Positions 9,373-19,354 of a DNA stretch of 64,000 nt are shown one piece after another. Source of the stretch: a virus (Duplodnaviria > Caudoviricetes). Position 1 is the first letter of the stretch. Each line of letters opens with the position of its first letter. The position numbers were made by a program, and so were the translations under genes. The DNA lies in the IMG/VR virus record IMGVR_UViG_3300021387_000199, positions 70,295 to 134,294 of that record; one strand, written 5' to 3'. Under the pieces are notes generated by a model. The model saw only the letters and a list, made by a program, of their open reading frames with translations, was not told the origin of the DNA and did not search any database.

Positions 9373-11550
9373 ATGTGTTTTATGACGTCAGAAGAAAAGA
9401 AAGTTGAACTTGAACGTATTACTAACGAGTATTTCAAGAACGGGGGCGCGAAGATCAGCCGGATGTCTGACTCAGTCCTGAAGAAGATCGGATTTGTGGC
9501 TAATGATCCGGACGAGTTTTACTCATTAGCCGGAGAAGTATTCCTTCAGGCGCTCGACAAGTGGGACGGGGAAAGGAAATTCGACAGCCTTCTCTATGCC
9601 TGTTTGTCGAAGAGATTCAAGAGTTTCCTGACGAAGGAAAACGCCCAGAAGAGAGGAGGAGTCGATAAACCGGTTGTGTCTCTCTATCAGGAGCTCGGCG
9701 AAGATCTGACCCTGGAAGATACAATTGGGGAAGAACAGGTCATCGACCGGCTGAGCCCTGAGATGATCGACTACGTCAAGTCTTTGAATTCAACTCAGAA
9801 GAAAATTCTTCTGTACTTGACCGAAGGATACGAACCTCGCGAGATCCAGAAAAAGCTGGGTATCACATCGAAGGTTTACAACCGTGAACTCCGCGATGCA
9901 AAGGTTTACGAAAAGATCAGGGTGTTAGGACAGTCTGAAAACGCTGCAAAAGTTACGAAGAAACCAGAAGTAATTAATAAGGGAGGAAAAACTGTGGCTA
10001 TGTCTAACGGAAGGAACGAAATGACCGCTGGCACGACAACCGTCGCTACTCTTATGCAGGAAGTGAAGTGTGGGACTTTAAGAGACGACAACCCGCTTCA
10101 GAGGGCGACGGACAACTGGAATACGGAAATGAAAGGTAACCTGATCGTGACGGCTCTGAATGGTTTCGGAATTCCTGGAATCGTAGTATGCCAGCGCAAG
10201 ATCGGGGATACCTACGTGAAAGAGATTATTGACGGGCTCCAGAGATTCTCAACCTTTGCCGGCTATATCAGCAACGGTTACAGGATCTCTAAGAAGGTAG
10301 AGCGCCCGTTTATTACGTATAGCGTCTCTAAGGGAGTCGACGAGAGCGGCCTTCCTGTGTTCGAGACGAAGGAATTCGACGTTCGCGGAAAGAAGTACCA
10401 GGATCTTCCTGAGGAACTTCAGATTCGCCTCACCGGATACAACATCCACTGTGACACCTATCTTCAGTGTTCAAACGAAGATGTAGAGTACCACATCCGC
10501 CGGCTGAACTCCTCCCGGTCTATGAACCATTCTCAGAGAGGCCTGACTTTTGTCGGAACCACTCTGGCCATGGCGATCAAGAGGATCGGAAGAAAAGACT
10601 TCTTCCGCGACACCTATAAGACCACTGACTTCAAGAACGGAAATGTTCAGAGGCTTATATCTGAATCCGTTATGCTTATCAACTTCGAAGACGAGTGGAT
10701 TCCTTCGCCGGAGAAGATCGGTTCTTTCCTCGGAGAGAACGCGAAGCCGGAACAGTTTGAGGACTTCGGCGAGCTGGTCGACCGCGTGGATGAGATTCTT
10801 GACGATAATACCCGCAAACTCTTCAACATGAGAGATTCTTTCCTCTGGTTTCGGATCTTCAACGATTTCACCCGGCTCGGGATTGATGATGAGAAGTTTA
10901 ACGACTTCCTCGTGGCTTTCGATTCCCTGAAGGAAACAGAGATTAACGGTGAAACCTTCTCTTCTCTGAATACGAAGAACACCAAGGCAGCTTCCGCGAT
11001 CTTGAAGAAAATCGACTATATCGAAACTCTGATGTACAAGTTCTTCGGTGAAGAGAAAGAAGAAGAGATCGATCTTAAGTACGACGATGAGGTCGCGAGA
11101 TACGTTGAAGAATTCTATGAGGCTGAGACCGAGATTCCGGTAGCCGAAAAGAACCGCGCCAAGGTTGCCATCAAGACCGCTTTCGCCCTGAAAGGTAAAG
11201 AAGATCTGTCGGATCGCTCTGTTCAGGAGTACCTTGACGACGGAGAACTTACCTTCCCGGATCTGGAAGACGGGTTCGCGTTCACTCAGGACTTCTGCGA
11301 CGACTGGGCGATTAACGTTAATCAGAACTCTTCGATCCTGAAGGAAGACAAGCTGCCGGCCTTGGTTCGTCTGTATAAGTACGCTGTCGAATCGGAGGTA
11401 GATGATTCCCGCGCTCAGAACTGGTTCATCAATTTCGCCGATCAGGAAGCGGTTAATAAGAGGTTAGTTGGGAATTACCAGAAGGATTTTGCCCTTCTGA
11501 GAAAGGAATTCGACAACTTCGCCGCCTATGAGAAGAACGGGATTGCTTAA
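9373..11550 (+). CDS. sigma-70-like N-terminal domain fused to a DUF262 (GmrSD/ParB-like) domain
   Basis: region-2-like EVFLQALDKWDGERKFDSLLY and region-4 HTH YEPREIQKKLG; LQR..W and IIDGLQRFST (DGxQR) motifs. Confidence 0.7.
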   Translation: MCFMTSEEKKVELERITNEYFKNGGAKISRMSDSVLKKIGFVANDPDEFYSLAGEVFLQALDKWDGERKFDSLLYACLSKRFKSFLTKENAQKRGGVDKPVVSLYQELGEDLTLEDTIGEEQVIDRLSPEMIDYVKSLNSTQKKILLYLTEGYEPREIQKKLGITSKVYNRELRDAKVYEKIRVLGQSENAAKVTKKPEVINKGGKTVAMSNGRNEMTAGTTTVATLMQEVKCGTLRDDNPLQRATDNWNTEMKGNLIVTALNGFGIPGIVVCQRKIGDTYVKEIIDGLQRFSTFAGYISNGYRISKKVERPFITYSVSKGVDESGLPVFETKEFDVRGKKYQDLPEELQIRLTGYNIHCDTYLQCSNEDVEYHIRRLNSSRSMNHSQRGLTFVGTTLAMAIKRIGRKDFFRDTYKTTDFKNGNVQRLISESVMLINFEDEWIPSPEKIGSFLGENAKPEQFEDFGELVDRVDEILDDNTRKLFNMRDSFLWFRIFNDFTRLGIDDEKFNDFLVAFDSLKETEINGETFSSLNTKNTKAASAILKKIDYIETLMYKFFGEEKEEEIDLKYDDEVARYVEEFYEAETEIPVAEKNRAKVAIKTAFALKGKEDLSDRSVQEYLDDGELTFPDLEDGFAFTQDFCDDWAINVNQNSSILKEDKLPALVRLYKYAVESEVDDSRAQNWFINFADQEAVNKRLVGNYQKDFALLRKEFDNFAAYEKNGIA

Positions 11551-11631
11551 GAAACGATATACAGGGCTTGCTTCAGCCGGAGTAAGCCCTCCGGAAGAGG
11601 AGAATATTCCCAAGAGTTGAAGGCTGAGACT

Positions 11632-11663
11632 GAGGGCTTAGAAACGGAAACTTCTGAGAAATA
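11632..11663 (+). promoter_or_regulatory. phage-specific bipartite promoter, copy 1
   Basis: GAGGGCTT-N15-TGAGAAATA. Confidence 0.7.
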
Positions 11664-11684
11664 ACAGTAGAGAGGAGGAAATCC

Positions 11685-13329
11685 GTGAAGAGAAGAAAAA
11701 GAGATAAGGTAGCCGCTTGGATAATCGGGGTCGTGGCTCTGGTGGGAACCATTTTAGGTGAGATCGCAATCGTCAGATACGCGGTCATTATGCCGTTTAA
11801 GATGTTGATTCAGGCTCCGACTGTCGGGGTAGAAAGGCTTGCGGATGTTGCGCTGGGATTTCTGGTGATAATAGTCGGGGGCTCATTGTTCATCGGATTG
11901 CTGATGATATTGATTCTTATTCTGACGATCATTTTAGACTACTTATAAGGAGGATTACGTATGGCTAAGCCAAACAAGAATAGAAAGAGACTGTATGACA
12001 CTTACAAGTCTCAGGGAAGAAGAGAGAAGAATAAGGCGAAGAAGGCCGCGAAGCTTGAGAAGAAGCTGGCCAGGTTTGCCGTCCGGAGAGAAGATCCTGA
12101 ATATCAGAAGGCCCGGGCAGAGCGTAAAGCTGCAAAGGATCCGAGAGACGTTCCGAAGCCGACGGTAAAAGCCGAGAAGATCGGCGGTTGGGATTCAATA
12201 ATGGGTAAGATCCGGTACCAACAGGAAAAGGAAGATAGGGAATTCAAGAAGCTCAGCTCAAAGCTGACAGGGAAGAAGAGATCATAAGGAGGATCTGCTA
12301 TGTTTGGAATATTAGATAGAGAAGAGATGAAGATACTGGACGAAGGACTGAAAAGAGGCGGAGAGTTCGAGCTCCACGGACATCGTTTTAAAAACGACGC
12401 AAATGGAGAACTTTTCGTTTGGGAAAATGACGGTTGGGTTACGATCCGGGAAGCTATAAGCAATGTCAAGAGAGAGCTTCTCAAGATGGTTCGCGATGAT
12501 TTCACGAAGATTTTCTCTGATAGCGAAGAGACTGAAAAGAATAAGCGTGATGAATCTGAAGAGAATAAGTGTGAAGAGCGTTCTTTCAGAGAAGAGTGTG
12601 ACGCGGAATCCGGCGAAGAGGAACTCGACGAGGTGATCGAAGAGATGTTTAAGGACATCGTAAGGGTCACAGACGTGTCAGTTGATGACTACAACGTAAC
12701 CTGTACCTTTAAGGGTGGTCAGAAATTTACGGCGTTTTGCCATCCGAAAGATAGAGGAGTTTACTCTCTCGACACCGGTATCATGGTCTGTCTGCTCAAG
12801 AGACTCGCGGGCGGGACAAGGCAGCTGAACGAGGCTCTCAATCAGGCTCTTGGCGTTTACGAAGAGAAGCAGAAGAAGATTGAAGAAGAGAAGAAACGTC
12901 TCGAAGAAGAGAAGAAGAAGACGGAAAGAAAAGGAAAAAAGGTCTGGGATCTGTCGTTTTCTCCGGCTGGATCTATTACTCTTCAGTTCAATGGCTTTGA
13001 AGACGTGAATATTACTGATCTGATGACAAGTATATCAAATTTGATTAAGGAGTTCCGTGAGTAAGCTCGCCAAGGCCGGCGAGATGATGGATAGCGGAGA
13101 CCCATGGGAGAATCTGGCTAATGCCATAATTCTTCAAGCTGCCGATGATTATCTTGCCAGCCCTGAGAAACGGAAAAGAGAGTACGTTCATTTAGATGAA
13201 GTAATTCAGTTCTTTTATAGCGACTGGTTTGGAGTTCTTACCACAGCAAATCCGAACTACATTCTGGAGAAGCTCGATCAAGAGAAAAGGTCGAAGGCTT
13301 CGCGATCCCCTAAATTGAGAAATACATAA
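11685..13329 (+). other. four hypothetical genes (11685-11948 membrane; 11961-12287 basic; 12300-13064; 13057-13329)
   Basis: consecutive ORFs with RBS. Confidence 0.7.
13293..13324 (+). promoter_or_regulatory. phage-specific bipartite promoter, copy 2
   Basis: GAAGGCTT-N15-TGAGAAATA. Confidence 0.65.
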
Positions 13330-13337
13330 TAGACAAC

Positions 13338-13424
13338 AATAGAGAGAACGGTTTCTATTGGTTTGTTTTACAGTTACCTCCCGTTTATTTCGTATTACAG
13401 CTAACTACGTTCTCTCTATTTTTT
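13338..13424 (+). ncRNA. candidate small RNA: 13-bp stem with an anti-Shine-Dalgarno sequence in a large loop
   Basis: AATAGAGAGAACG pairs with CGTTCTCTCTATT; loop contains ACCTCCC; T-run follows. Confidence 0.45.
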
Positions 13425-13500
13425 ATATATATCTTACTCAATAATCGCCGATGGGCGTTCATATAGGAACTGAAGAAATAAGAAGAAAGGAAAGAGATAT

Positions 13501-14427
13501 ATGGCATTTGTAAAAGCTAAAAGAGCTAAGGTCTGGGTAAAGGTTCAGTTTGTAGGAACCTCAGGATCCGGCAAGACAACTTCGGCATTACTTATTGCGG
13601 ACGGTTTGGCAAAGAAAATGAATTCTGGAATCGCGTTTATCTCGACAGAGAAGTCGCGCACTATGTATAACGCTGACAAGTTTGATTACGACGTGGAAGA
13701 GCTGACGGATTATTCCCCGGAGAGTTATATCAAGGCAATCGATGAAGCAATCGACGCCGGGTATAAGGTTATTATCATTGATTCTACCAGCCATGGTTGG
13801 CAGTGGCTCAATGACACCCATTCAAAGATGCCCGGAAATAGCTTTCAGAACTGGGGAAAGTTGAAGCCCCGCTGGGCGGCTTTTATGCGGAAGATACTTG
13901 AATGTCCGGCTCATGTCATTACTTGTGCAAGAGGCAAGACTGAGTGGACAATGGAAGAGAAAAACGGAAAACAGACGCCCGTTAAGGTTGGCCTTGGTAG
14001 CGAAGGCGACAAGCAGTCTGACTTCGAATATACCGTGAGTTTCATGCTTTCTCAGGGAACCCACATTGCTTCAGTGAATGAGGGCGGGAAGGACAACACA
14101 GGATTATTTGAAGGTAAGTATGAAGTGATTACCCGTAAACACGGTGAAATGCTTTATGACTGGGCAAATTCCGGGGACGCTGCTCCTGTTGCTTATAAGG
14201 ATCCCATGGCTCAGGATATTTCTGAGGTTGGAAAGGCAGAACTCGATCTCGCAGACATTAAGAAAGAAATCGTGAGTTTGTGTGTAGCTCTCGGCGGACA
14301 AAAGAATGAGGCTCTCATGACTGAGCTGAAGAAGGTTGTTTCAAACGGAAATCCGAACTCTATCCGCTCCGTCGATAAAGCGAAGGGACTTCTTGAGACC
14401 CTGAAAAAGATGAAGGAGAACGGCTAA
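13501..14427 (+). CDS. AAA ATPase, Sak4-like/AAA_24 recombination protein
   Basis: GTSGSGKT Walker A, VIIIDS Walker B; directly upstream of SSB. Confidence 0.8.
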   Translation: MAFVKAKRAKVWVKVQFVGTSGSGKTTSALLIADGLAKKMNSGIAFISTEKSRTMYNADKFDYDVEELTDYSPESYIKAIDEAIDAGYKVIIIDSTSHGWQWLNDTHSKMPGNSFQNWGKLKPRWAAFMRKILECPAHVITCARGKTEWTMEEKNGKQTPVKVGLGSEGDKQSDFEYTVSFMLSQGTHIASVNEGGKDNTGLFEGKYEVITRKHGEMLYDWANSGDAAPVAYKDPMAQDISEVGKAELDLADIKKEIVSLCVALGGQKNEALMTELKKVVSNGNPNSIRSVDKAKGLLETLKKMKENG

Positions 14428-14481
14428 ATACCAGCCGAAAACATATATTTTTAGCAGTACGGCTAAGGAAAAGGAGAACGT

Positions 14482-14913
14482 ATGAATAAATGGATTGGAA
14501 TGGGTCGCCTGACTCGCGATCCGGAAGTGAGAACTTCGGCGGTGGGTGACAATACAATCTGCCGATTCAGCCTTGCGGTAGACAGGCCGTGGGCTCGTGA
14601 CAGAGAGAATCAGCAGACCGCAGATTTTATCAACTGTATCTGTTTCGGCAAGACTGCCGAGTTTATAGAGAAGTGGTTCCACAAGGGTGACCCGATCATG
14701 ATTGAGGGCAGAATCCAGACTGGATCTTATACGAATAAGGACGGTGTCAAGGTTTATACGACGGACATCGTGGTTGACAGAACGGAATTCGTCCCGAAGA
14801 ACAACGGAACAGGTGAGACTGCTCAGGGGCAGAGAGATGTTTCCGAGCAGCGGCGCAAGGATGACTTCATCGGAATCCCGGACGGGGTAGATGATGAGCT
14901 TCCGTTCAGTTGA
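14482..14913 (+). CDS. ssb: single-stranded DNA-binding protein
   Basis: MNKWIGMGRLTRDPE...ADFINC; acidic DDELPF tail. Confidence 0.95.
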   Translation: MNKWIGMGRLTRDPEVRTSAVGDNTICRFSLAVDRPWARDRENQQTADFINCICFGKTAEFIEKWFHKGDPIMIEGRIQTGSYTNKDGVKVYTTDIVVDRTEFVPKNNGTGETAQGQRDVSEQRRKDDFIGIPDGVDDELPFS

Positions 14914-14992
14914 AAATCGGAATATATAACTGAAGGCAGGAGAGGATGAAACATTCCTCTCTTTTTTAAACCCTAACCAGGAAGGAGAACAC

Positions 14993-15730
14993 ATGAGATA
15001 CGCAAGCGGAAAAACAAGATCGGCCAGGGCGATTGCTCAGGCAATTTGGACCGATATTGACAGACGGGGGGGTGATTTTTCCTCATTTGTCAGTCTATTT
15101 TGCGGCGGGCTATCAGTATAGACGAAGTTGGCTCCGCTGTTTAACAAGGTGATTCTAAATGATAAACAGGAATATTTGATCGAATTATACAAGGCATTGC
15201 AGAACGGCTGGCTGCCGCCGGAATCTTTGTCGGAAGAAGAATACCGACACATCAGAGACCATAAAGATGAGGATAAGCCCCTGACGGCCTTTGCCGGGTT
15301 TGGCTGTTCATTTGGCGGGAAGTGGTTTGGCGGATATGGTCGTCACGGTGTTAAAGATAACCACGCCGTTGAAAGAAGTATGTGTAAAGAATCAGGCCGG
15401 GCTCTTATGAGAGATCTGGAAATTTTGAAGAAAGCAGAATTTATGTGTCTGGACTATAGAGACATAGAAATCCCGAAAGGCAGCGTGATTTACGCCGACC
15501 CGCCATACAGGAATAAGATGGCGGCTTACGGCCTTCAGGATCAGTTTGATACTGATTGCTTCTGGGAATGGTGTCGCAAAAAGAGCCGCGACAATCTGAT
15601 CTACATATCTGAGCTTGAAGCGCCTGAAGATTTTGAAGTTATCTGGGAGAAACCGGTGTTAAGGCAACTTGCCAATTGCAACGCTGAGAATTTTATAGCG
15701 AAAGAGAAACTATTTAAACACAGAGATTAA
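14993..15730 (+). CDS. DNA adenine methyltransferase (D12/Dam class), 1 in-frame TAG at 15119
   Basis: RBS AAGGAG; MRYASGK...FVSLFCGGLSV*TKL (SAM motif I) in frame with IYADPPY. Confidence 0.85.
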
Positions 15731-15746
15731 CGAAAGGGGGATTCAT

Positions 15747-16259
15747 ATGGCTAAGACAGATGAATGTACGTGTAGGTATAAACACTGTTTTCATGAGGAT
15801 AAGAAACTCCTGAAGAGTGAAGCTGTCAAGGTGGGGACTCAGTATTACCACCCGGATTGTTATGAAGCGAAGAACCAGATTGAGGGAATAGTAGATTACT
15901 TTAGCAAGAATCTCAACCCGGACGTCGTGTATCCGGTTCTGATGAGGACGATAGATAACATTGTGTTCCCGAAGGATAAGAAAGGGATTTCGCCGGAACG
16001 TCTACTGTTTCAGGTCAAGTACTACTGTACCCACGGTCACAGAATCCAGTACCCTGGCGGGCTATACTACGCGGTTCAGGATCGTGATTCGTACAACGCT
16101 TATCTGAAATATAAGGCAAACCAGAGAGAGAAAGAGCAGAACAATTACGAGATTGCCGGTGAGGAAGATCTGACGAGAAGTCAGGTGAAGCGGGTAAGGC
16201 CCCAGAAGGGATTTCAGGACATCTTGATACCGGCATAGGAGGTAGATGATCGTGGCTGA
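15747..16259 (+). CDS. hypothetical replication-associated protein with Cys/His cluster (ends 16238 in code 11)
   Basis: CRYKHC...YYHPDC; lies before the helicase. Confidence 0.65.
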
Positions 16260-17607
16260 TTTAAGCATTTTGAACGACGCCGGGGCAGAAGGATCGGCAA
16301 TAGCGACTTTAATATATCATCCAGAGTTTATCCTCCATACCGATTATCTGAAGGCCCGCTATTTCTACAACGTGGAGAACGGCTGTATCTATTGGGCTAT
16401 TCAGGAACTCTACAAAGCTGGCATCGATCGAATCGACGCTATCAACCTGACGAATATGCTCAACTCAAACCGGGCTGTTAAACGGAAGATTGAAGAGTAC
16501 AACATGTCAGATATGCAAGAGTTCATCTCGATGGCTCAGTACGCGGCGAGACATACCTTGGAAGAGTATAAGCTTCTCGCCAATACGATCATCGAGATGT
16601 CCTTCAAAAGGGAGCTGACTAAAGCCTGTATCAAAATTCAGCAGAGCTGCCTTAATTCTGATCAGGGACTCAGGGATCTCAACACTTTAGTCAACAAGGA
16701 AATATCTAACCTTCTGGAAGAGTATTTAACCACCGGCGAGATCGAGATGTTCGGTAATAAGATCGATCAGATAGATGAAGAAATAGATGAGAACGTAAAC
16801 GACGATGGCACGTCCGGTCTGAGATCGAAGATCAGCCTATTCAATCACTATTTCACCTATGAAAAAGGCGAGGTGGTTCTGATCAAAGCGAAGAAGAAGG
16901 ACGGTAAGTCGGCGATGTGTCTGAATGAGGCCGTGGATAAGTTGAAGCTCGGCGTTCCAACTGTCTACTTCGATACTGAGATGGCGGACAAGCTGTTCTA
17001 CATGAGACTGATGGCTAACCTGACAGGTTTTGACTTTCAGGAAATCAAGACCAGAAGTTTTCAGTCATCGCCTGAAAAGGTAGATATCTACAATCGTTGT
17101 AAAGAGTGGCTGAAGAAACAGCCTTTCGTACATCTCTATCTCCCGTCTCCGTCTAAGGAAGAGATTTTCGCCACCTGTAAGATCCTGAAGTACAAGATGA
17201 ACCTTCAGTTTGTTGTCTACGACTATATCAAGATGGATGAGCCGGATACGGGGCGGAACTATAACCTTCTCGGTGATCTCACAAATTTCCTGAAGAACAC
17301 GATCTCAGGTGAACTGGATCTGTCGACTCTTGCAGCGGCTCAGCTGAACAGAAATGGCGATACCGCTGATTCTGACAAGATTGAGCGCTATATCTCCACT
17401 TCGGTTCTCTGGAGACCGAAGACCGCTGAAGAGATTGATCGGGATGGCCCTGAGTGTGGCAACTACGCCGCCTGTATAGATGTCAATAGAAATGGTGAAC
17501 GGATGGATCCTGAAACAGAATACATAGATGTTCAGTTCTCAGGTAACCAGATGAGGATCGCCCAAGCAAGGCAGCAACATGTGGCCAAAGATCCGTTTGA
17601 GGGGTGA
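16246..17607 (+). CDS. DnaB-like replicative helicase
   Basis: DnaB N-domain; AKKKDGKS Walker A, FDTEM, VVYDYIK, AAQLNR. Confidence 0.9.
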   Translation: MIVADLSILNDAGAEGSAIATLIYHPEFILHTDYLKARYFYNVENGCIYWAIQELYKAGIDRIDAINLTNMLNSNRAVKRKIEEYNMSDMQEFISMAQYAARHTLEEYKLLANTIIEMSFKRELTKACIKIQQSCLNSDQGLRDLNTLVNKEISNLLEEYLTTGEIEMFGNKIDQIDEEIDENVNDDGTSGLRSKISLFNHYFTYEKGEVVLIKAKKKDGKSAMCLNEAVDKLKLGVPTVYFDTEMADKLFYMRLMANLTGFDFQEIKTRSFQSSPEKVDIYNRCKEWLKKQPFVHLYLPSPSKEEIFATCKILKYKMNLQFVVYDYIKMDEPDTGRNYNLLGDLTNFLKNTISGELDLSTLAAAQLNRNGDTADSDKIERYISTSVLWRPKTAEEIDRDGPECGNYAACIDVNRNGERMDPETEYIDVQFSGNQMRIAQARQQHVAKDPFEG

Positions 17608-17613
17608 TGAGCA

Positions 17614-18630
17614 GTGTCTGAGATAGATCGGGAGAAACTCCGGGAACTGGAAGACAAGGTCGATCTTCTTGAGTATGCTCAGACCTCGTTCGACTTCCGG
17701 AAAGGCGGGGACGACGCCTACTTCTGTCATTGTCCTCTACACGTAGACAAGACGCCTTCCCTGAAGATCAGTAGGAATAGAAACGTATTTCACTGTTTTT
17801 CGTGTGGGAAAGGCGGCGGGCTTCTTAGCTGGCTGATGACGATTGAAAAATTATCGTTCAACGACGCGGTCGAAAAGGTTTGTAAACTCGCCGGCGGGGA
17901 TATCAAAAATCTCAAAGTCAGTTCTGCCCTGAAATTCTATCAGGATATCAAAAGATCTACAGATGAAACCACAGTAATTTCCAATCAGATAGAAAGAGAA
18001 ATCCTTCCAGTTTCAGCCATAGAAAAATTCTCTACCGATTTGCCCCAGGAATGGATAGACGAAGGGATATCCCCTGAAGCGATGAGGAAATATCAGGTGA
18101 GGATCGATTACGACTCAAACAGAATCGTTTACCCGGTCTGGGACAACCAGGATCGATTGATAGGATTCAAAGGACGTACAAGGTTTGAGAATTATAAGAG
18201 CCTGAAGATTCAGAAATACATGAATTACACGAAACTCGGAGTGGTCGATTACTTCGGCGGGATGAAAGAGAATCGTCAAAATATTGCCGCTAAAGGTGAA
18301 GCGATCATCTTTGAGGGAGTAAAGAGTGGATATAAAGCTTATTCGTGGGGAGTAGATAACTGGCTATCTTCTGAGACCTCAGCTCTGAATAAACAACAGG
18401 TCGTGGTCTTACTTCAGGCCGGAATTAAGAATGTAGTAATAGCGTGGGACAACGACGTGAGCTGGGAAAAGATCGTAGAGAAAACGAAAACTCTCAGGAA
18501 TTTCGCCAATGTCTACGCGATTCGAGATACCAAAGGTTTACTGGGTAAGAAAGAAGACAAGATGAGCCCGGTAGATAAAGGGCGCGAGGTTTGGGAACAA
18601 CTTTACGCCGAGAGGAAGAGGATTAAGTAA
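17614..18630 (+). CDS. DNA primase (CHC2 zinc finger + Toprim)
   Basis: CPLHVDKTPS...FHCFSC; IIFEG; IAWDND. Confidence 0.9.
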   Translation: MSEIDREKLRELEDKVDLLEYAQTSFDFRKGGDDAYFCHCPLHVDKTPSLKISRNRNVFHCFSCGKGGGLLSWLMTIEKLSFNDAVEKVCKLAGGDIKNLKVSSALKFYQDIKRSTDETTVISNQIEREILPVSAIEKFSTDLPQEWIDEGISPEAMRKYQVRIDYDSNRIVYPVWDNQDRLIGFKGRTRFENYKSLKIQKYMNYTKLGVVDYFGGMKENRQNIAAKGEAIIFEGVKSGYKAYSWGVDNWLSSETSALNKQQVVVLLQAGIKNVVIAWDNDVSWEKIVEKTKTLRNFANVYAIRDTKGLLGKKEDKMSPVDKGREVWEQLYAERKRIK

Positions 18631-18639
18631 GGGGGATGT

Positions 18640-19125
18640 ATGAGGTTTATCAACTCGTTACTGGTGGTACTGATTATAGCGGTTTATTCTCTGGCGCTCA
18701 CAATTCATCCGTGGGCGAAAGAGATTTTAGCTCCGGGAGAGCTTGCTGAGACCGAATCGGAAACAGAGCAGCCATATTCGGATGACGACTTCTACGAACT
18801 AAGTCACGTCATTCAGGCTGAGGCCGGATATTGTGAACGTGACATGATGATCGGAGTAGGATCTGTAGTCCTGAACAGGGTAGAACACGAAGACTTCCCG
18901 GACACTGTATACGAAGTTATTCATCAGCCGGGGCAGTATAGTACGGTTTCTCACTTATCTTCTCAGGTTCCAACAGAGCTTGTCGAAGAAGTTACCGATT
19001 ATCTGCTCAGAAACGGAAGTGAATACCCGAGTGACGTCGTATACCAGGCGAATTTTCCTCAGGGATCGGGAACATATTTAACACTCAGTACGAGTTATTC
19101 GACGATGTATTTTTGCTATAGATAA
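18640..19125 (+). CDS. SleB/Hydrolase_2 cell-wall hydrolase with signal peptide
   Basis: IQAEAG...VGSVVLNRV...FPDTVYEVIHQPGQY. Confidence 0.9.
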   Translation: MRFINSLLVVLIIAVYSLALTIHPWAKEILAPGELAETESETEQPYSDDDFYELSHVIQAEAGYCERDMMIGVGSVVLNRVEHEDFPDTVYEVIHQPGQYSTVSHLSSQVPTELVEEVTDYLLRNGSEYPSDVVYQANFPQGSGTYLTLSTSYSTMYFCYR

Positions 19126-19354
19126 TCAGGCTGCCAGATATGTAGACAGCCCTTCCGTAGATAAGGAAATGGAACGGCGAAGGAACTGGGAGAAAGAGAG
19201 GATGGAATTATGAACCCAGTATTTGTTTTTCTGGTGATTCTAACCGCAGTGTTCATATGGGTGCTGTGTGCTGGACTTTATAAATATGTAGGCAAAGTCT
19301 TCGGAGAAATGTTCGAAGACGTAAAAAAGGAAATGAAAGCGGAGGAAAAGAATA

